A stretch of DNA of 64,000 bases from a virus (IMGVR_UViG_3300033273_000833:64001-128000); one strand, 5' to 3'; positions 18,101 through 26,988 are shown, counted from the first letter of the stretch. Program-made: numbers and translations. The notes: a model not told the origin generated them from the letters alone.

Positions 18101-20835
18101 TAATTCGATTGCCTTGAATTTGGGTCGTAAGCTTTGAGAGATATAGGTTGAGTAAGTACCAGAGTTTCATCGCCTTCGACATCAATTACTTTTCCTATTG
18201 ATTGGTTCGTGTTCTTCAAAGTGTCTGTAACACTGATAATGTTTCCAGGTTTTAAAAACAAAGCTCTATAATCAGTACTAAAAGTAATTGTTTCTGTATT
18301 TACAGAAGAAGTCAGGAAAAACCATCTACCCATTCTTCTGGCCTGACCTCTAGAGGTACACCCCAATGGCTCAATATTTTTCCGAATGACTCCTAATTCT
18401 TTAACCCCCTGCTTATCTTCAACATATTCGTATTTTTTTCGAAAATTATCTTTCTTGTCCATATAGCCTACTCGAGCCACCGTATATCGCGTTGACTTAG
18501 AAGAAGTATAATACGAAAATACTCCTCCTTCTACATTTGTATTTGAAAAATTAATAGATGGTTCATCTACTTGAACACCAGGAACCTTATTCCAATATTT
18601 TTGCCAATTATTATCAACCCCAGGCCTAATTCCAGTTCCGCCAGTAGCGGTTTTTTTGAAAAAATTAAATGTAGATGCAGGAAACTCTACAACATCCCCT
18701 ATAGAATATGAAGTGCCTCCAGAGAAGCTTACATAACTAACGGTATTACTTCCGCCGTCAAGGGAAATAGAAACACCTCTGCCGTCCCAATATGCTATAC
18801 CATGAAATGTTTCAGCTATAGTTTTTAATAGCTGATAAGCTTCTTCTTCTTCGCTTATAATTACATTCATAGTGTATCTAGGCTCTTTACCGTTGTAAGT
18901 GTCATCGACGCCAACAAAATTACCTGAATCATTGACAGCGTCGCAGTATCTACCAATTTTATATAGTGTCCATTTATCAATTTTATCAATATCTAAATAT
19001 GCCCCAATTCCATATCTATTATTAATCATCAAATCATATAAAACCCACGCAGGATTATCAGACCATTCATATTTAAACGTTCCATCCCAGTTTCCGCTGT
19101 ATACATTTCCTCCGACAAATCTATTATCAGGAGTATAATTAGATGGAATTAATATTTTTTTAAGTCGTAGATGATAACTTCTTTCTGGCTTATCTTGAAA
19201 ATACCTTGAATTAAAAGATTGCTGAATAATTGCACTAAATGGGTATGACATTTTTTCGTCAATGATTTCAGTAACACTATCTAATGTAATTTTTGCAGAC
19301 ATTATAGGAGATATAATTTCTCTACCCGTTTTAGTGACTTTAATATATCTAGTTTTTCCAGCAATAGCTGGCGGCATCCTGAAACAATTAAAAGCATTAT
19401 TAGCATCAGTAATTGGCATAAAGAATGTTTCCAAACCTTCTTCATAATATTGCCTCATTCCTGAATCTTGTCCAAATTGACGAAATCTATTTAATCCTAA
19501 AGCTGGTTCATCGCTAGAAGGTGCGAACGTATGAGGGATAGCTTGATCAGGAGTAACTCCTTCTAGAGCTTCTGCATCAAATACCTCAGCTGGATTCCCT
19601 CCAGTTTCAATATCTCGCATTCCGTTATCAAAATCCGAATCCTCTCCAAATATAATTTCACCACTGTCTCCAAAACTAGCCCTACCTACATCAATTAAAT
19701 AACTTGAACCTTGAACCAGGCCTTGAATGAAATAATTTCTACTTATCGATTTCCTAGGAGCACCTCCAACTTGAGAAATTCCATGATATGCAAGCCATTG
19801 AGTAAACTCTAAAGAATTAGCTTCTTGATCAGTTAAACCGTTAATTCCTATTTCTACCTGAAAACCTATTTTATGTTCTCTTGCAGTTGTCATTAAACCT
19901 ACTTTACCACCCCCTGCTCCATGATCAACAGTATCTTTTAAGTCGTCAACGGATATTGTAATATAGGCAAAATCAACCTCAGGATTTGTGATGGTGTGAG
20001 ATACGGGAAAAGCGCCTTCTGAAAATTCTGCATGACCTGCGCTCCATGAAGTAAAATTTCTTACACTTGTATGAGTTCTTATATCTGAACCATGTTGTAC
20101 TTCGCTAGCTGCATACCCATATTTTATCGCTTCATCCAACCCTGCGGATGTACCAAGAAAATAACCTATGTAAGATCCGTTTTTTGCAAACCAATTCGCA
20201 GTATTAAAGTCGGACTTGACTGCCGTTTGACCCTCTTGCTTCATTAGATTAAGCATTGTTTTAAAATTTGGCGTCCCTCCTCCATATAGTATAGAAGCTC
20301 CATCTTCACCAGTACCCATATTAGGGCCGACCAAGCTTTGCTTAATAGATTGAGTATTATATATTTTACTCCTAGACCACGTATCTCTACTTGGGTCTAT
20401 GCCTTTATGGTTTCCAGGGCTCCAGTTTAAAGCAAGTTTTCTATAATTATATGTGCCATTTTCATTCTGAACCGCAGTCCCGTTAAAATATATTCCTTTA
20501 GCAATTTCTGTCCCAGACGCCAAGCTACCATCTGGTTTACAAAAGCCCTCTATAGGTCCTTCACAAATTAAATCTACAACTTCAGACTGAGAAAAACTCT
20601 GCAAAGCATTTTCGTCAGGAGCAGGAGGCTTTAGCAATGGGGTGGGAGGAGAGCCTTTTCCTTTTCCTCCTCCTTCTCCAGAAACTAAAGGTACGACTAT
20701 AAATTTATCCTCTTGTTCTAAAATTTTACATGGATATATATTATGCTTTATATAAAACTTTAATTCCTCCAAGCTTTTGTAAACCCTTTTACCAAGAGTT
20801 TTATTTAAAATTCCATGAAATTTTACGTTTATCAT
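15100..20835 (-). CDS. tail tip / host-specificity protein J (central tail fibre) with an N-terminal ubiquitin-like extension
   Basis: VVDLICEGPIEG, YPFSA..FNSRYF..R.YHLRLKKI, WSDNPAWVLYDL..RYGIG, CDA..EPRYTMN, GCTSRGQARRMGRW..E.ITF. Confidence 0.92.
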   Translation of the reverse strand: MINVKFHGILNKTLGKRVYKSLEELKFYIKHNIYPCKILEQEDKFIVVPLVSGEGGGKGKGSPPTPLLKPPAPDENALQSFSQSEVVDLICEGPIEGFCKPDGSLASGTEIAKGIYFNGTAVQNENGTYNYRKLALNWSPGNHKGIDPSRDTWSRSKIYNTQSIKQSLVGPNMGTGEDGASILYGGGTPNFKTMLNLMKQEGQTAVKSDFNTANWFAKNGSYIGYFLGTSAGLDEAIKYGYAASEVQHGSDIRTHTSVRNFTSWSAGHAEFSEGAFPVSHTITNPEVDFAYITISVDDLKDTVDHGAGGGKVGLMTTAREHKIGFQVEIGINGLTDQEANSLEFTQWLAYHGISQVGGAPRKSISRNYFIQGLVQGSSYLIDVGRASFGDSGEIIFGEDSDFDNGMRDIETGGNPAEVFDAEALEGVTPDQAIPHTFAPSSDEPALGLNRFRQFGQDSGMRQYYEEGLETFFMPITDANNAFNCFRMPPAIAGKTRYIKVTKTGREIISPIMSAKITLDSVTEIIDEKMSYPFSAIIQQSFNSRYFQDKPERSYHLRLKKILIPSNYTPDNRFVGGNVYSGNWDGTFKYEWSDNPAWVLYDLMINNRYGIGAYLDIDKIDKWTLYKIGRYCDAVNDSGNFVGVDDTYNGKEPRYTMNVIISEEEEAYQLLKTIAETFHGIAYWDGRGVSISLDGGSNTVSYVSFSGGTSYSIGDVVEFPASTFNFFKKTATGGTGIRPGVDNNWQKYWNKVPGVQVDEPSINFSNTNVEGGVFSYYTSSKSTRYTVARVGYMDKKDNFRKKYEYVEDKQGVKELGVIRKNIEPLGCTSRGQARRMGRWFFLTSSVNTETITFSTDYRALFLKPGNIISVTDTLKNTNQSIGKVIDVEGDETLVLTQPISLKAYDPNSRQSNYFDIILGNIDPNYDVDFLDEKGSVSSQDIRDLNKSQRIKGSVFPADGGSAVTNKIKVKDINGNFIKFTTSILESYDNSYKVILKGTDWALINPEDGGQYGTDWRERKYRIQAIEEEGEGKYKIIAVFFDEEKLSSMDQTFPIITSDYDISVGTSQASANITPPIVEKFKAKSNSTLTFDVKFTTTVDESLFNNITNNIILISPTGDQTTHNSSSRNGGGSKVFSITTSVAKNSSAATGTWSLLVTTSGTEKSTGKSKTSASGILSAVLSDSTYSSGPPVISNFAPDGWVGNYAKIEQNSPSYNLTWEYRDIDSLTTTYTSSSMLNSSSPYFEGFKIGLCPVDRSGASSAQTAGVPVTSQTQWIYDESNLYKRLDYSFSYDIRFETVVDDQGSVSFKYSNLQDQRGIAVVIQAIAKAGNQKRYSSVQTFILYDAPTIFTGSITSILPEWIPSDEVFLDLNQDQKIKIITTDDDGNDVHTETASHGDIPEGARFDYQAEMALNSNIPSRIYSLDDALAYWDQIKNLTIQSLKVNQFHNQNYPYKTYSFDQIKQIAQTWEDYGSNGFNNFTKILAVTHFANFSAVNFWKQDGIEDSAMLEELGSWTTSDVEFNDTNKAALQKNRPDDAGSNTLMAFDSMNLNISGSYHNPSLADSSRYSQKQTVGYAILYANKNNPDFELSETLAIQQKDGSDKLIIPYDASLENGGINYDRDYFLKVKVFESFVWKNSLLSEIDKVTLLDNTVFDFGVTGFMIAPQDELADLSEGVEDEESSVEELGHVFMNTFGDERIVGMKQFREGIIIGGTKTWSSSDGVSSDPDSFVKYPLASKTAYQGTPIGIGQFDIENLSNKTFSDLLGEGDSSNNFALTSGSIDSDMLDFFVNVKGMNIRCVPGDDGDYDGQGGIISGSTIKTNGFEAGEIVNFSQEPTIGNSPMSTYFSEGEGISGKIDEALNNTTIFDNKIQDTGFTQNLVISGNSRLKVEDGNLHIEVNGIWYRIEPDGIS

Positions 20836-21326
20836 CTAAATAAATTTCTATTCCATGTTTGATTGCCGATTACATAGCTACCAACCCTGAGCCTACCATA
20901 GGCAACAGGCACAGGCTTACCTTGTTTTTCAACATTTGTTTCTCCTCTAAAAGAGTAAGATTCAGTTTTAGCGGATTGAGTTGAAGCATTATCCATTTCG
21001 GGGGCTTGAACTGAATTAGCTGCCATAATTACGCTTACGCCAATTGAGACAAGAAGTCCTACAAAAAACCAAAAAAGCCCACCTTTAGCTGCAGGCAATA
21101 TGTCTATTCTTTTTATATTTTTTTTATTAGCATTCTCTAGAGACAAAACTTTTCCATCTATCAAAATCACAAATTCCATTTGATCAAAATTTTTAGCTAA
21201 AAAAGTCATAAAATTACCTTCTACGGCATCTATAGCTTTAAGAACGTCTTTCGCAGATGAAATTTCGAATTCATATTTTTCTTGAAAACGCTCCTCAAAT
21301 ATTCCATGCATATATACCTCAACCAT
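20832..21326 (-). CDS. tail assembly protein I (lambda gpI-like)
   Basis: N-terminal beta-grasp-like domain ending ILPAAKGG, hydrophobic segment, SYSFRG..QGKPVPVAYGRLRVGSYVI. Confidence 0.88.
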   Translation of the reverse strand: MVEVYMHGIFEERFQEKYEFEISSAKDVLKAIDAVEGNFMTFLAKNFDQMEFVILIDGKVLSLENANKKNIKRIDILPAAKGGLFWFFVGLLVSIGVSVIMAANSVQAPEMDNASTQSAKTESYSFRGETNVEKQGKPVPVAYGRLRVGSYVIGNQTWNRNLFR

Positions 21327-21690
21327 TAATCAGTCCTTTTATTTTATCAATTTTATGTTTCTTGCATAAATCAGGAAAAAATACTTCAAATTTATCTTCT
21401 TCATTTATATACAAAACATTGGGCAGGCAATTGATTCTCGAAACTATTTTATCAGCTTCGGAAAAAGATTCTGCATTAGGGTGGCTATGGTATATCGCTA
21501 AAATTTCTGAGCTTAATTTAGTCTCTAAATATGCCTCTGGATGTATTTCAAATTTGGTCTTGGGGGTGGAGGATACATTCTTGCATTCTTTTGCAGATAT
21601 TTCTCCATCAACCTCAACAATAAATCCGCAAATTTCTTCTGAAATTTTACTTAAAGCATGCGTTTTAATTCTTTTAAGCGTCTGATCCAT
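21319..21690 (-). CDS. tail assembly protein K-like JAB/MPN+ metalloprotease (no NlpC/P60 domain)
   Basis: EEICGFI..FEIHPEAY..YHSHP..FSEAD; position between gpL and gpI. Confidence 0.85.
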   Translation of the reverse strand: MDQTLKRIKTHALSKISEEICGFIVEVDGEISAKECKNVSSTPKTKFEIHPEAYLETKLSSEILAIYHSHPNAESFSEADKIVSRINCLPNVLYINEEDKFEVFFPDLCKKHKIDKIKGLING

Positions 21691-22873
21691 ATCCTTCTGT
21701 AGCTGGAAAACCTCCGAATCGTAAATTTTTATTTTTTGTGTACCCAGATCTAAATCTCATTCTGCAAGCATCTACGCTTTTTGAGCATTGATCAGCAACC
21801 CAATTTCCACTTTTTTTCTCAGGAGCATTACTTAAACTAGATAAATGAGCACTCACACAAACCCACACAGTTAAGTCGTGTTTTTTACTTATTTTTCCAG
21901 ATACAAGAGTAATTTGTTTTGTACCCTCCATAAAACCCCCTCCTTCAGAAGAAGGTGGCGTTTTAACAACTGTACCAACCTCATAATTAACCCCAGCAGC
22001 CCAATCTGAAATCGTAGCTGTATAATCTTTTTCTCCTATCACCGAAGAACCTCCATTGCTTGGAGTTCTTAATGCGTTTAATCTCCCTAATCCTGCGGCA
22101 TTTTCATAAGACTCTGTTTGTCCAAGCATAAAGTTTTTTTCATCTAATTCTGTAGCTATTGGAGGTCCAGTAAAGTAACAACCTTCGCCCCTATAACACC
22201 ATGAGCAATAACTACCCAATATAGTTCTATTTGGTATAGTTACATTTTCTACATCTAAAGAAGAGGTTAACTCATACTCCACAGATTCTTTTGTTTCGTT
22301 AGCTTTTTTTGATATAAAGTATAATTCCGAAGAAAATTCGTAAGCAGAATCTGTTTCTGAGCCAGCGCCAGCATTTCTGGTTCCCCAAGGATTTTTGTTG
22401 CCGTTTTCAGGAAAGTTGTCCCCGTCTAAAAACTTAGCAAAAACTCGCCTCCTTACAACTCTAGCATTAGTCATATCATTAAAGTACTTATTATATGTAG
22501 ATATAGTTTCTAACACAGTACCCTTGTGATTTGTATCCTGCACAGCGTTTGCGATTTCTTTATTTGATATTGTTAACAAAGGTCTAGGAAGACCTTGAGA
22601 AGAAGATGCAAAATTTGCAGACCTAATACCTATAGGTAGATATGAAAAACCAGCCCAATTTAACCCTTTTTCTTGCATATGATCTGCTGTGACTGCCGTG
22701 ATTTCAGACAAGTTATCTACAGAACATAACCTTAGTGCGTAATTTCGATTATCATATACATCAACATCTTGATATCCTTCCAAGTAATATATTTCATACA
22801 AAGACAATAAAGCCGTTGGCGACAAGCCGAATGCTTGCTCCATGTTTAATCCTTGTTTTTGATAATCTTCCAT
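21674..22873 (-). CDS. minor tail protein L (lambda gpL-like, Cys cluster)
   Basis: PRPLLTISN, RRRVFAKFLD, VEYELTSSLD, YCSWCYRGEGC, DQCSKSVDACRMRF..FGGFP. Confidence 0.9.
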   Translation of the reverse strand: MEDYQKQGLNMEQAFGLSPTALLSLYEIYYLEGYQDVDVYDNRNYALRLCSVDNLSEITAVTADHMQEKGLNWAGFSYLPIGIRSANFASSSQGLPRPLLTISNKEIANAVQDTNHKGTVLETISTYNKYFNDMTNARVVRRRVFAKFLDGDNFPENGNKNPWGTRNAGAGSETDSAYEFSSELYFISKKANETKESVEYELTSSLDVENVTIPNRTILGSYCSWCYRGEGCYFTGPPIATELDEKNFMLGQTESYENAAGLGRLNALRTPSNGGSSVIGEKDYTATISDWAAGVNYEVGTVVKTPPSSEGGGFMEGTKQITLVSGKISKKHDLTVWVCVSAHLSSLSNAPEKKSGNWVADQCSKSVDACRMRFRSGYTKNKNLRFGGFPATEGYGSDA

Positions 22874-22886
22874 ATAATTATTTACA

Positions 22887-23633
22887 CTATAGTTTAAAAT
22901 TATAAGTTATTGAAATTCCTTGTTTTATATTATTTATTCTATGCCACCAAAACCTAGGTATATTTAAACTTTCGTTTTCATTTAATATTATTATATTATA
23001 TTTTATATTGTTTTTAATTAAAATCTCGGAAATTTTTGTTTTAGAATACATAGCTCCAGAATGTTTTAAATCAGAACTTTCTATAAAGTTATTATATTGA
23101 GGATCAATCAACAAGACTTCTTTTCTACCACTTATAACGCTTAGTAGGGAATGTGCTATCGGCTTCTTATAAAAGTTTTCCTTGTGAATTTGCTTAAGAG
23201 TTTGATCAATTTTATAACTATAGGAATCGTAATGCAACGGAGTGATAGTGCCCTTTCCTCCCCACCAGAATGATATTCCGCCCTCTTTACCAAAATTGTA
23301 TTTATTGACTATTTCTTTTTCGAACTCTAAAATTTTTTCAGGATCAACAAAGCCAAAAGGATTTTCCGAGCGCAGATAATATTTATTATTTTTTTTATTC
23401 ATATACTCTTTAACATATTGCTCTATAGTAATTTCAATACAATTCATTTCTTGTAAATTTGATATTTGCCTACCTTCTATTATTTCTGGCACAATAACCT
23501 TGAGTCGCCCATATTTCTTTAATATATTATCGACATTAATAATTTTACTTAATCCAAAATCATAACTTAAAAAAAATGGGTTATTCTCCTTAAACAAATC
23601 TGTAATATTGTCAATATTTTCTACATGCAACAT
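22887..23633 (-). CDS. JmjC/cupin-like Fe(II)/2OG-dependent hydroxylase
   Basis: FWWGGKGTITPLHYD..SGRKEVLL..LNIPRFWWHRINN..ISITY (HxD...H triad). Confidence 0.85.
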   Translation of the reverse strand: MLHVENIDNITDLFKENNPFFLSYDFGLSKIINVDNILKKYGRLKVIVPEIIEGRQISNLQEMNCIEITIEQYVKEYMNKKNNKYYLRSENPFGFVDPEKILEFEKEIVNKYNFGKEGGISFWWGGKGTITPLHYDSYSYKIDQTLKQIHKENFYKKPIAHSLLSVISGRKEVLLIDPQYNNFIESSDLKHSGAMYSKTKISEILIKNNIKYNIIILNENESLNIPRFWWHRINNIKQGISITYNFKL

Positions 23634-23636
23634 GCT

Positions 23637-23948
23637 TTATTTTAGTCTATTTAATATTTTTCTCAATACAAAAGACTGATTATTATAATTAATTAATTCT
23701 ATCTGCAAATTACTTTTGCGACGCGGGCCTATATAAAAACCTTGAACCTCATCTCTACTCACCATAGCGTCAACAAAATCATATGAATTATTTTGTTTTA
23801 ACCAAGACCAATATAGATCAATTTCTTTTTCGCAACATTCTACAAAAACATTTTTGTTTAAAAAACATTTTGCATATAAACTAATGTCCCTAAAACAATA
23901 CACCTGACTAGGAGGAGCGGTCAAACTACCATCTATAATCAAATCCAT
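23637..23948 (-). CDS. hypothetical protein
   Basis: MDLIIDGSLTAPPS...; ATG at 23948 preferred over the TTG at 23966. Confidence 0.6.
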   Translation of the reverse strand: MDLIIDGSLTAPPSQVYCFRDISLYAKCFLNKNVFVECCEKEIDLYWSWLKQNNSYDFVDAMVSRDEVQGFYIGPRRKSNLQIELINYNNQSFVLRKILNRLK

Positions 23949-24028
23949 ATTTTTTTTTACACTCAAACAACTAAAATTTTTTTTCGACGGATTTTTGAAT
24001 CACAGTGGACGATATACAAAAATAATAC

Positions 24029-24057
24029 TTGACAAACCTTGCAATATTTAATATGAT
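24029..24057 (+). promoter_or_regulatory. sigma70 promoter (leaderless)
   Basis: TTGACA-17-TATGAT; ATG at 24065. Confidence 0.85.
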
Positions 24058-24064
24058 TATAAAC

Positions 24065-24370
24065 ATGAATACTGAAAACAAAACAAAAACTTCTACTGAG
24101 TGGTCTTCGAGAGAAATGGGAGCACTTTGGCGCAAAAGCGGGAATACCGACTATTTAACAGGACACTTCAAGACTACAGAACTTGGTCAAGAAGTAGTTC
24201 ATAAGGTTGTTATTTTTGCCAACAAAAATAAAAAAGATAATGAAAGAGCTCCTGATTTAATTATCTACAAATCTAAACCTAATAATGCGTCTGAGGTAGC
24301 GCAAGTTCAACCTGAAGTAGCAGCTGTTTCTGCGGCCTCTGAAGATGAAGTTCCTGATAACTTGTTTTAA
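24065..24370 (+). CDS. DUF736-like putative ssDNA-binding protein
   Basis: EMGALWRK..DYLTG..VIFANKNK..RAPDL and an acidic tail ending EDEVPDNLF. Confidence 0.6.
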   Translation: MNTENKTKTSTEWSSREMGALWRKSGNTDYLTGHFKTTELGQEVVHKVVIFANKNKKDNERAPDLIIYKSKPNNASEVAQVQPEVAAVSAASEDEVPDNLF

Positions 24371-24388
24371 TGTGTAAATAAGTTTATT

Positions 24389-25489
24389 ATGAATACTTAT
24401 GGTTTACTGAGCTCAAGCTCAACTTTGTCACAATCCTCTACTAGTAACGCTTTTAGAAGCTTATCCAAAAAAGCTTTTAATTCTAAGTCTCTTGATGAAG
24501 CCATAGCTGAGCTCAGTGAAATCATAATGCATAATGCGGTGTGCGCGCAAAACCATCTCAAATTTTGTGCTCAAAACAACATTAAGTTATATTCTATATT
24601 TAATGACTTAATTCCTTTGTTGCACGATGACGCAATACCATGTTCTATTAAAGACTTAAACGACTATGAGTCTATTATTAAAGAATTAAAGAAAATTGGA
24701 ATTATAGCAAGAAAATTTAATATTAAAATTTGTGTCGAACTAAGGAAACAAGTATTCTTGTCAGGTACAGACAATACTATTAAAAAATCTTTAAATTTAA
24801 TTAATTTATGGTCTACAATTTTTGACTTGTTCGAACTAGACCAAGGGCAAGAATCTCCAATTATTGTGCAAATTAATAATTCTGTAAATGAAGCCGAGGA
24901 ACTAAAACTAAAAAACGTGGTTGATAAATTTTACTCATCTTTTGAAAACCTACCCGAATCTTCTCAATCAAGAGTCGTCGTAACCAATGAAAAAGAAGGT
25001 TGCTGGAACTGTCAAAATCTATTTAAATGGTTGCATCTATACTGTGGCGGAGAATATGGCAAATTCTTTTCTTTATCTTACAATAATTTAAATCATAAAT
25101 TAAATTCCTCTATAGTTGGCGGTTCTGAGGTTTCTGATAAGCAAAATGTTCAAGCTTTTAAACATACTTGGGCTAAAAACGTAACTCCCACTTTCTTTTG
25201 GGACGAAGAACCTCTTGATGATTCATTTTCTAAAGAAATTCCTGATTTTGGAGAGAGCGTTAATTGGGTATGCTGTGGTGTAGAAAGTGATAAGAATATT
25301 TTTGGAATGCAAGGCGTTGTTGTTGAAGATGAGAATCTTGACATTAGTAGCTTTGATGAATTACTTATTGACGTCGAAGTTGATGATAGTGATATTAATG
25401 AAAGCGAAATAGATCTTGCTCATAAGAAAATTAGAGAAGCTTTAGAGTCAAAAGGGGGCAAAGACTTCAATTCTATATACGGTTTTTAG
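24389..25489 (+). CDS. degenerate UvdE-like (UV damage endonuclease fold) protein with acidic C-terminus
   Basis: Colinear with 56038..57048 (FCAQNNIKLYSIFNDLIPL, VVVTNEK..WN, SYNNLNH..N, TW..PTFFWDE) but catalytic motifs altered. Confidence 0.65.
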   Translation: MNTYGLLSSSSTLSQSSTSNAFRSLSKKAFNSKSLDEAIAELSEIIMHNAVCAQNHLKFCAQNNIKLYSIFNDLIPLLHDDAIPCSIKDLNDYESIIKELKKIGIIARKFNIKICVELRKQVFLSGTDNTIKKSLNLINLWSTIFDLFELDQGQESPIIVQINNSVNEAEELKLKNVVDKFYSSFENLPESSQSRVVVTNEKEGCWNCQNLFKWLHLYCGGEYGKFFSLSYNNLNHKLNSSIVGGSEVSDKQNVQAFKHTWAKNVTPTFFWDEEPLDDSFSKEIPDFGESVNWVCCGVESDKNIFGMQGVVVEDENLDISSFDELLIDVEVDDSDINESEIDLAHKKIREALESKGGKDFNSIYGF

Positions 25490-25490
25490 A

Positions 25491-25907
25491 ATGCCAAGTA
25501 TAAATAGCCTTGACATCACTTATCTCGAAATGGCTAAGACATGGTCAAATTTGTCAAAAGCTTTGCGTAAAAAAGTCGGATGCTTAATTGTCAAAGATGG
25601 TGCGATAATCTCAGATGGGTACAACGGAACTCCTAGTGGTTTCGACAATTGTTGTGAAACTGAGGATTTTATCACTAAGCCAGAAGTTATACACGCTGAA
25701 AGCAATGCCATCACTAAACTATCAAGGTCTACACAATCAAGCCTTGACGCGACTATGTATGTCACGATATCTCCATGCGTTGAATGCGCAAAGCTTATTA
25801 TTCAGTCTGGTATCTCTCGCGTTGTATTTGGAGAAGTTTATCGCAGTGAAGAAGGTATAGATTTATTAAGTAAAGCAGGAATTAGGACAGATTTAGTAGT
25901 TTTTTAA
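25491..25907 (+). CDS. dCMP deaminase
   Basis: KVGCLIV..GYNGTPSG..HAESNAI..SPCVECAK. Confidence 0.9.
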   Translation: MPSINSLDITYLEMAKTWSNLSKALRKKVGCLIVKDGAIISDGYNGTPSGFDNCCETEDFITKPEVIHAESNAITKLSRSTQSSLDATMYVTISPCVECAKLIIQSGISRVVFGEVYRSEEGIDLLSKAGIRTDLVVF

Positions 25908-25908
25908 T

Positions 25909-26940
25909 ATGGAACAACCTTTAATAGATTTTGATTTAATTAGATCAAAAATTTCCATCAGAGATGAAAATTTGTCTAATAACGATCAAACAAAACAATA
26001 TAAAAAAATAGCTTCACTTATAACTCCTTATTGTCTTTCTTTTAAAGATGACGAAACAAGAAGAAAATATATAGAATTATTTAATCATCTTTGCGGCACT
26101 TTACAGTATTTTTATCAAGTTAAAATTATAACGCCCCGCAAGTATTTAGATATTACTTCTAAATATATAACAAAAAATCATGAATTATTAATTAGCGTTC
26201 CTGACGCATATGAAATTAAACACGTTAATCTAGCCCCAAGGAATTATTTATTTTATCAAATCAGCTCAAGAAAAGAAGGCATAGACTGCTCGTTTGCCCA
26301 GAGTTTCATGTCTTCAGATTATCGTTTAGATTTTCGCCAACTATTTAAACATTTAGACGGAGTTTATACTTTTGTCAATTTACCTGATAATGTTTCTTTG
26401 AATGAAATTTGCATAACCAAGCATTATGCTATTATATCAACAGCGCTTGAAAAGCAATATCCAAACATAAAAGAGAAGCTATCAAAATTTTTAAGATTAA
26501 AAATCATAACTTTTCGTTCTCCTGAAAATTCGACAGATATAACAAAATATTTTAGGTCAATTGATTCCGCGCCATCCTTGAATATCTCAGATTCTTTTGT
26601 TTCCTCTAATAATAGTCGATTAATATATGCCGAAACAGGAGTAAAAGATATAGATTCTAAAATCAAATTAGTGCTTGATGAAATTTCAAAAATTCAAAAC
26701 ACTACCACAATAAAATTTTTAAACCCTCAGAATAATAGATTAATTAATTATCTTGATTTCGCAATGTTAGATGGAACTTTTTTATTCCCACTATACGACG
26801 AAACTGCAGAGCAGAACCAATACGCTCTATCAGAACATTTTGCAAATAATTATTTTTTAACAATGATGCATCCAGACCTTGATTTATTTAACAAAAACAA
26901 AGTTAATTTTTCAAACAGCATTCTATTATCTCTAATATAA
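25909..26940 (+). CDS. agmatine/peptidyl-arginine deiminase-like (pentein fold), apparently degenerate
   Basis: LAPRNY, HLDGVYTF, INYLDF..LDGTFLFPLYD resemble AguA segments; terminal GGxxHC nucleophile motif absent. Confidence 0.4.
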   Translation: MEQPLIDFDLIRSKISIRDENLSNNDQTKQYKKIASLITPYCLSFKDDETRRKYIELFNHLCGTLQYFYQVKIITPRKYLDITSKYITKNHELLISVPDAYEIKHVNLAPRNYLFYQISSRKEGIDCSFAQSFMSSDYRLDFRQLFKHLDGVYTFVNLPDNVSLNEICITKHYAIISTALEKQYPNIKEKLSKFLRLKIITFRSPENSTDITKYFRSIDSAPSLNISDSFVSSNNSRLIYAETGVKDIDSKIKLVLDEISKIQNTTTIKFLNPQNNRLINYLDFAMLDGTFLFPLYDETAEQNQYALSEHFANNYFLTMMHPDLDLFNKNKVNFSNSILLSLI

Positions 26941-26953
26941 AATTATTTTTTTA

Positions 26954-26982
26954 TTGACATTTTAATATCTTTTTAATACAAT
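26954..26982 (+). promoter_or_regulatory. sigma70 promoter (leaderless)
   Basis: TTGACA-17-TACAAT; ATG at 26989. Confidence 0.85.
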
Positions 26983-26988
26983 ATATAT

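Noticed and set aside
15100-20835. Intein, intron or DGR variable region in the 1911-aa gpJ
   Set aside because: Continuous ORF; no Hint/intein terminal motifs, duplicated template repeat or reverse transcriptase seen in the window
21257-21685. Plus-strand 142-aa ORF
   Set aside because: Antisense shadow of the gpK/gpI genes
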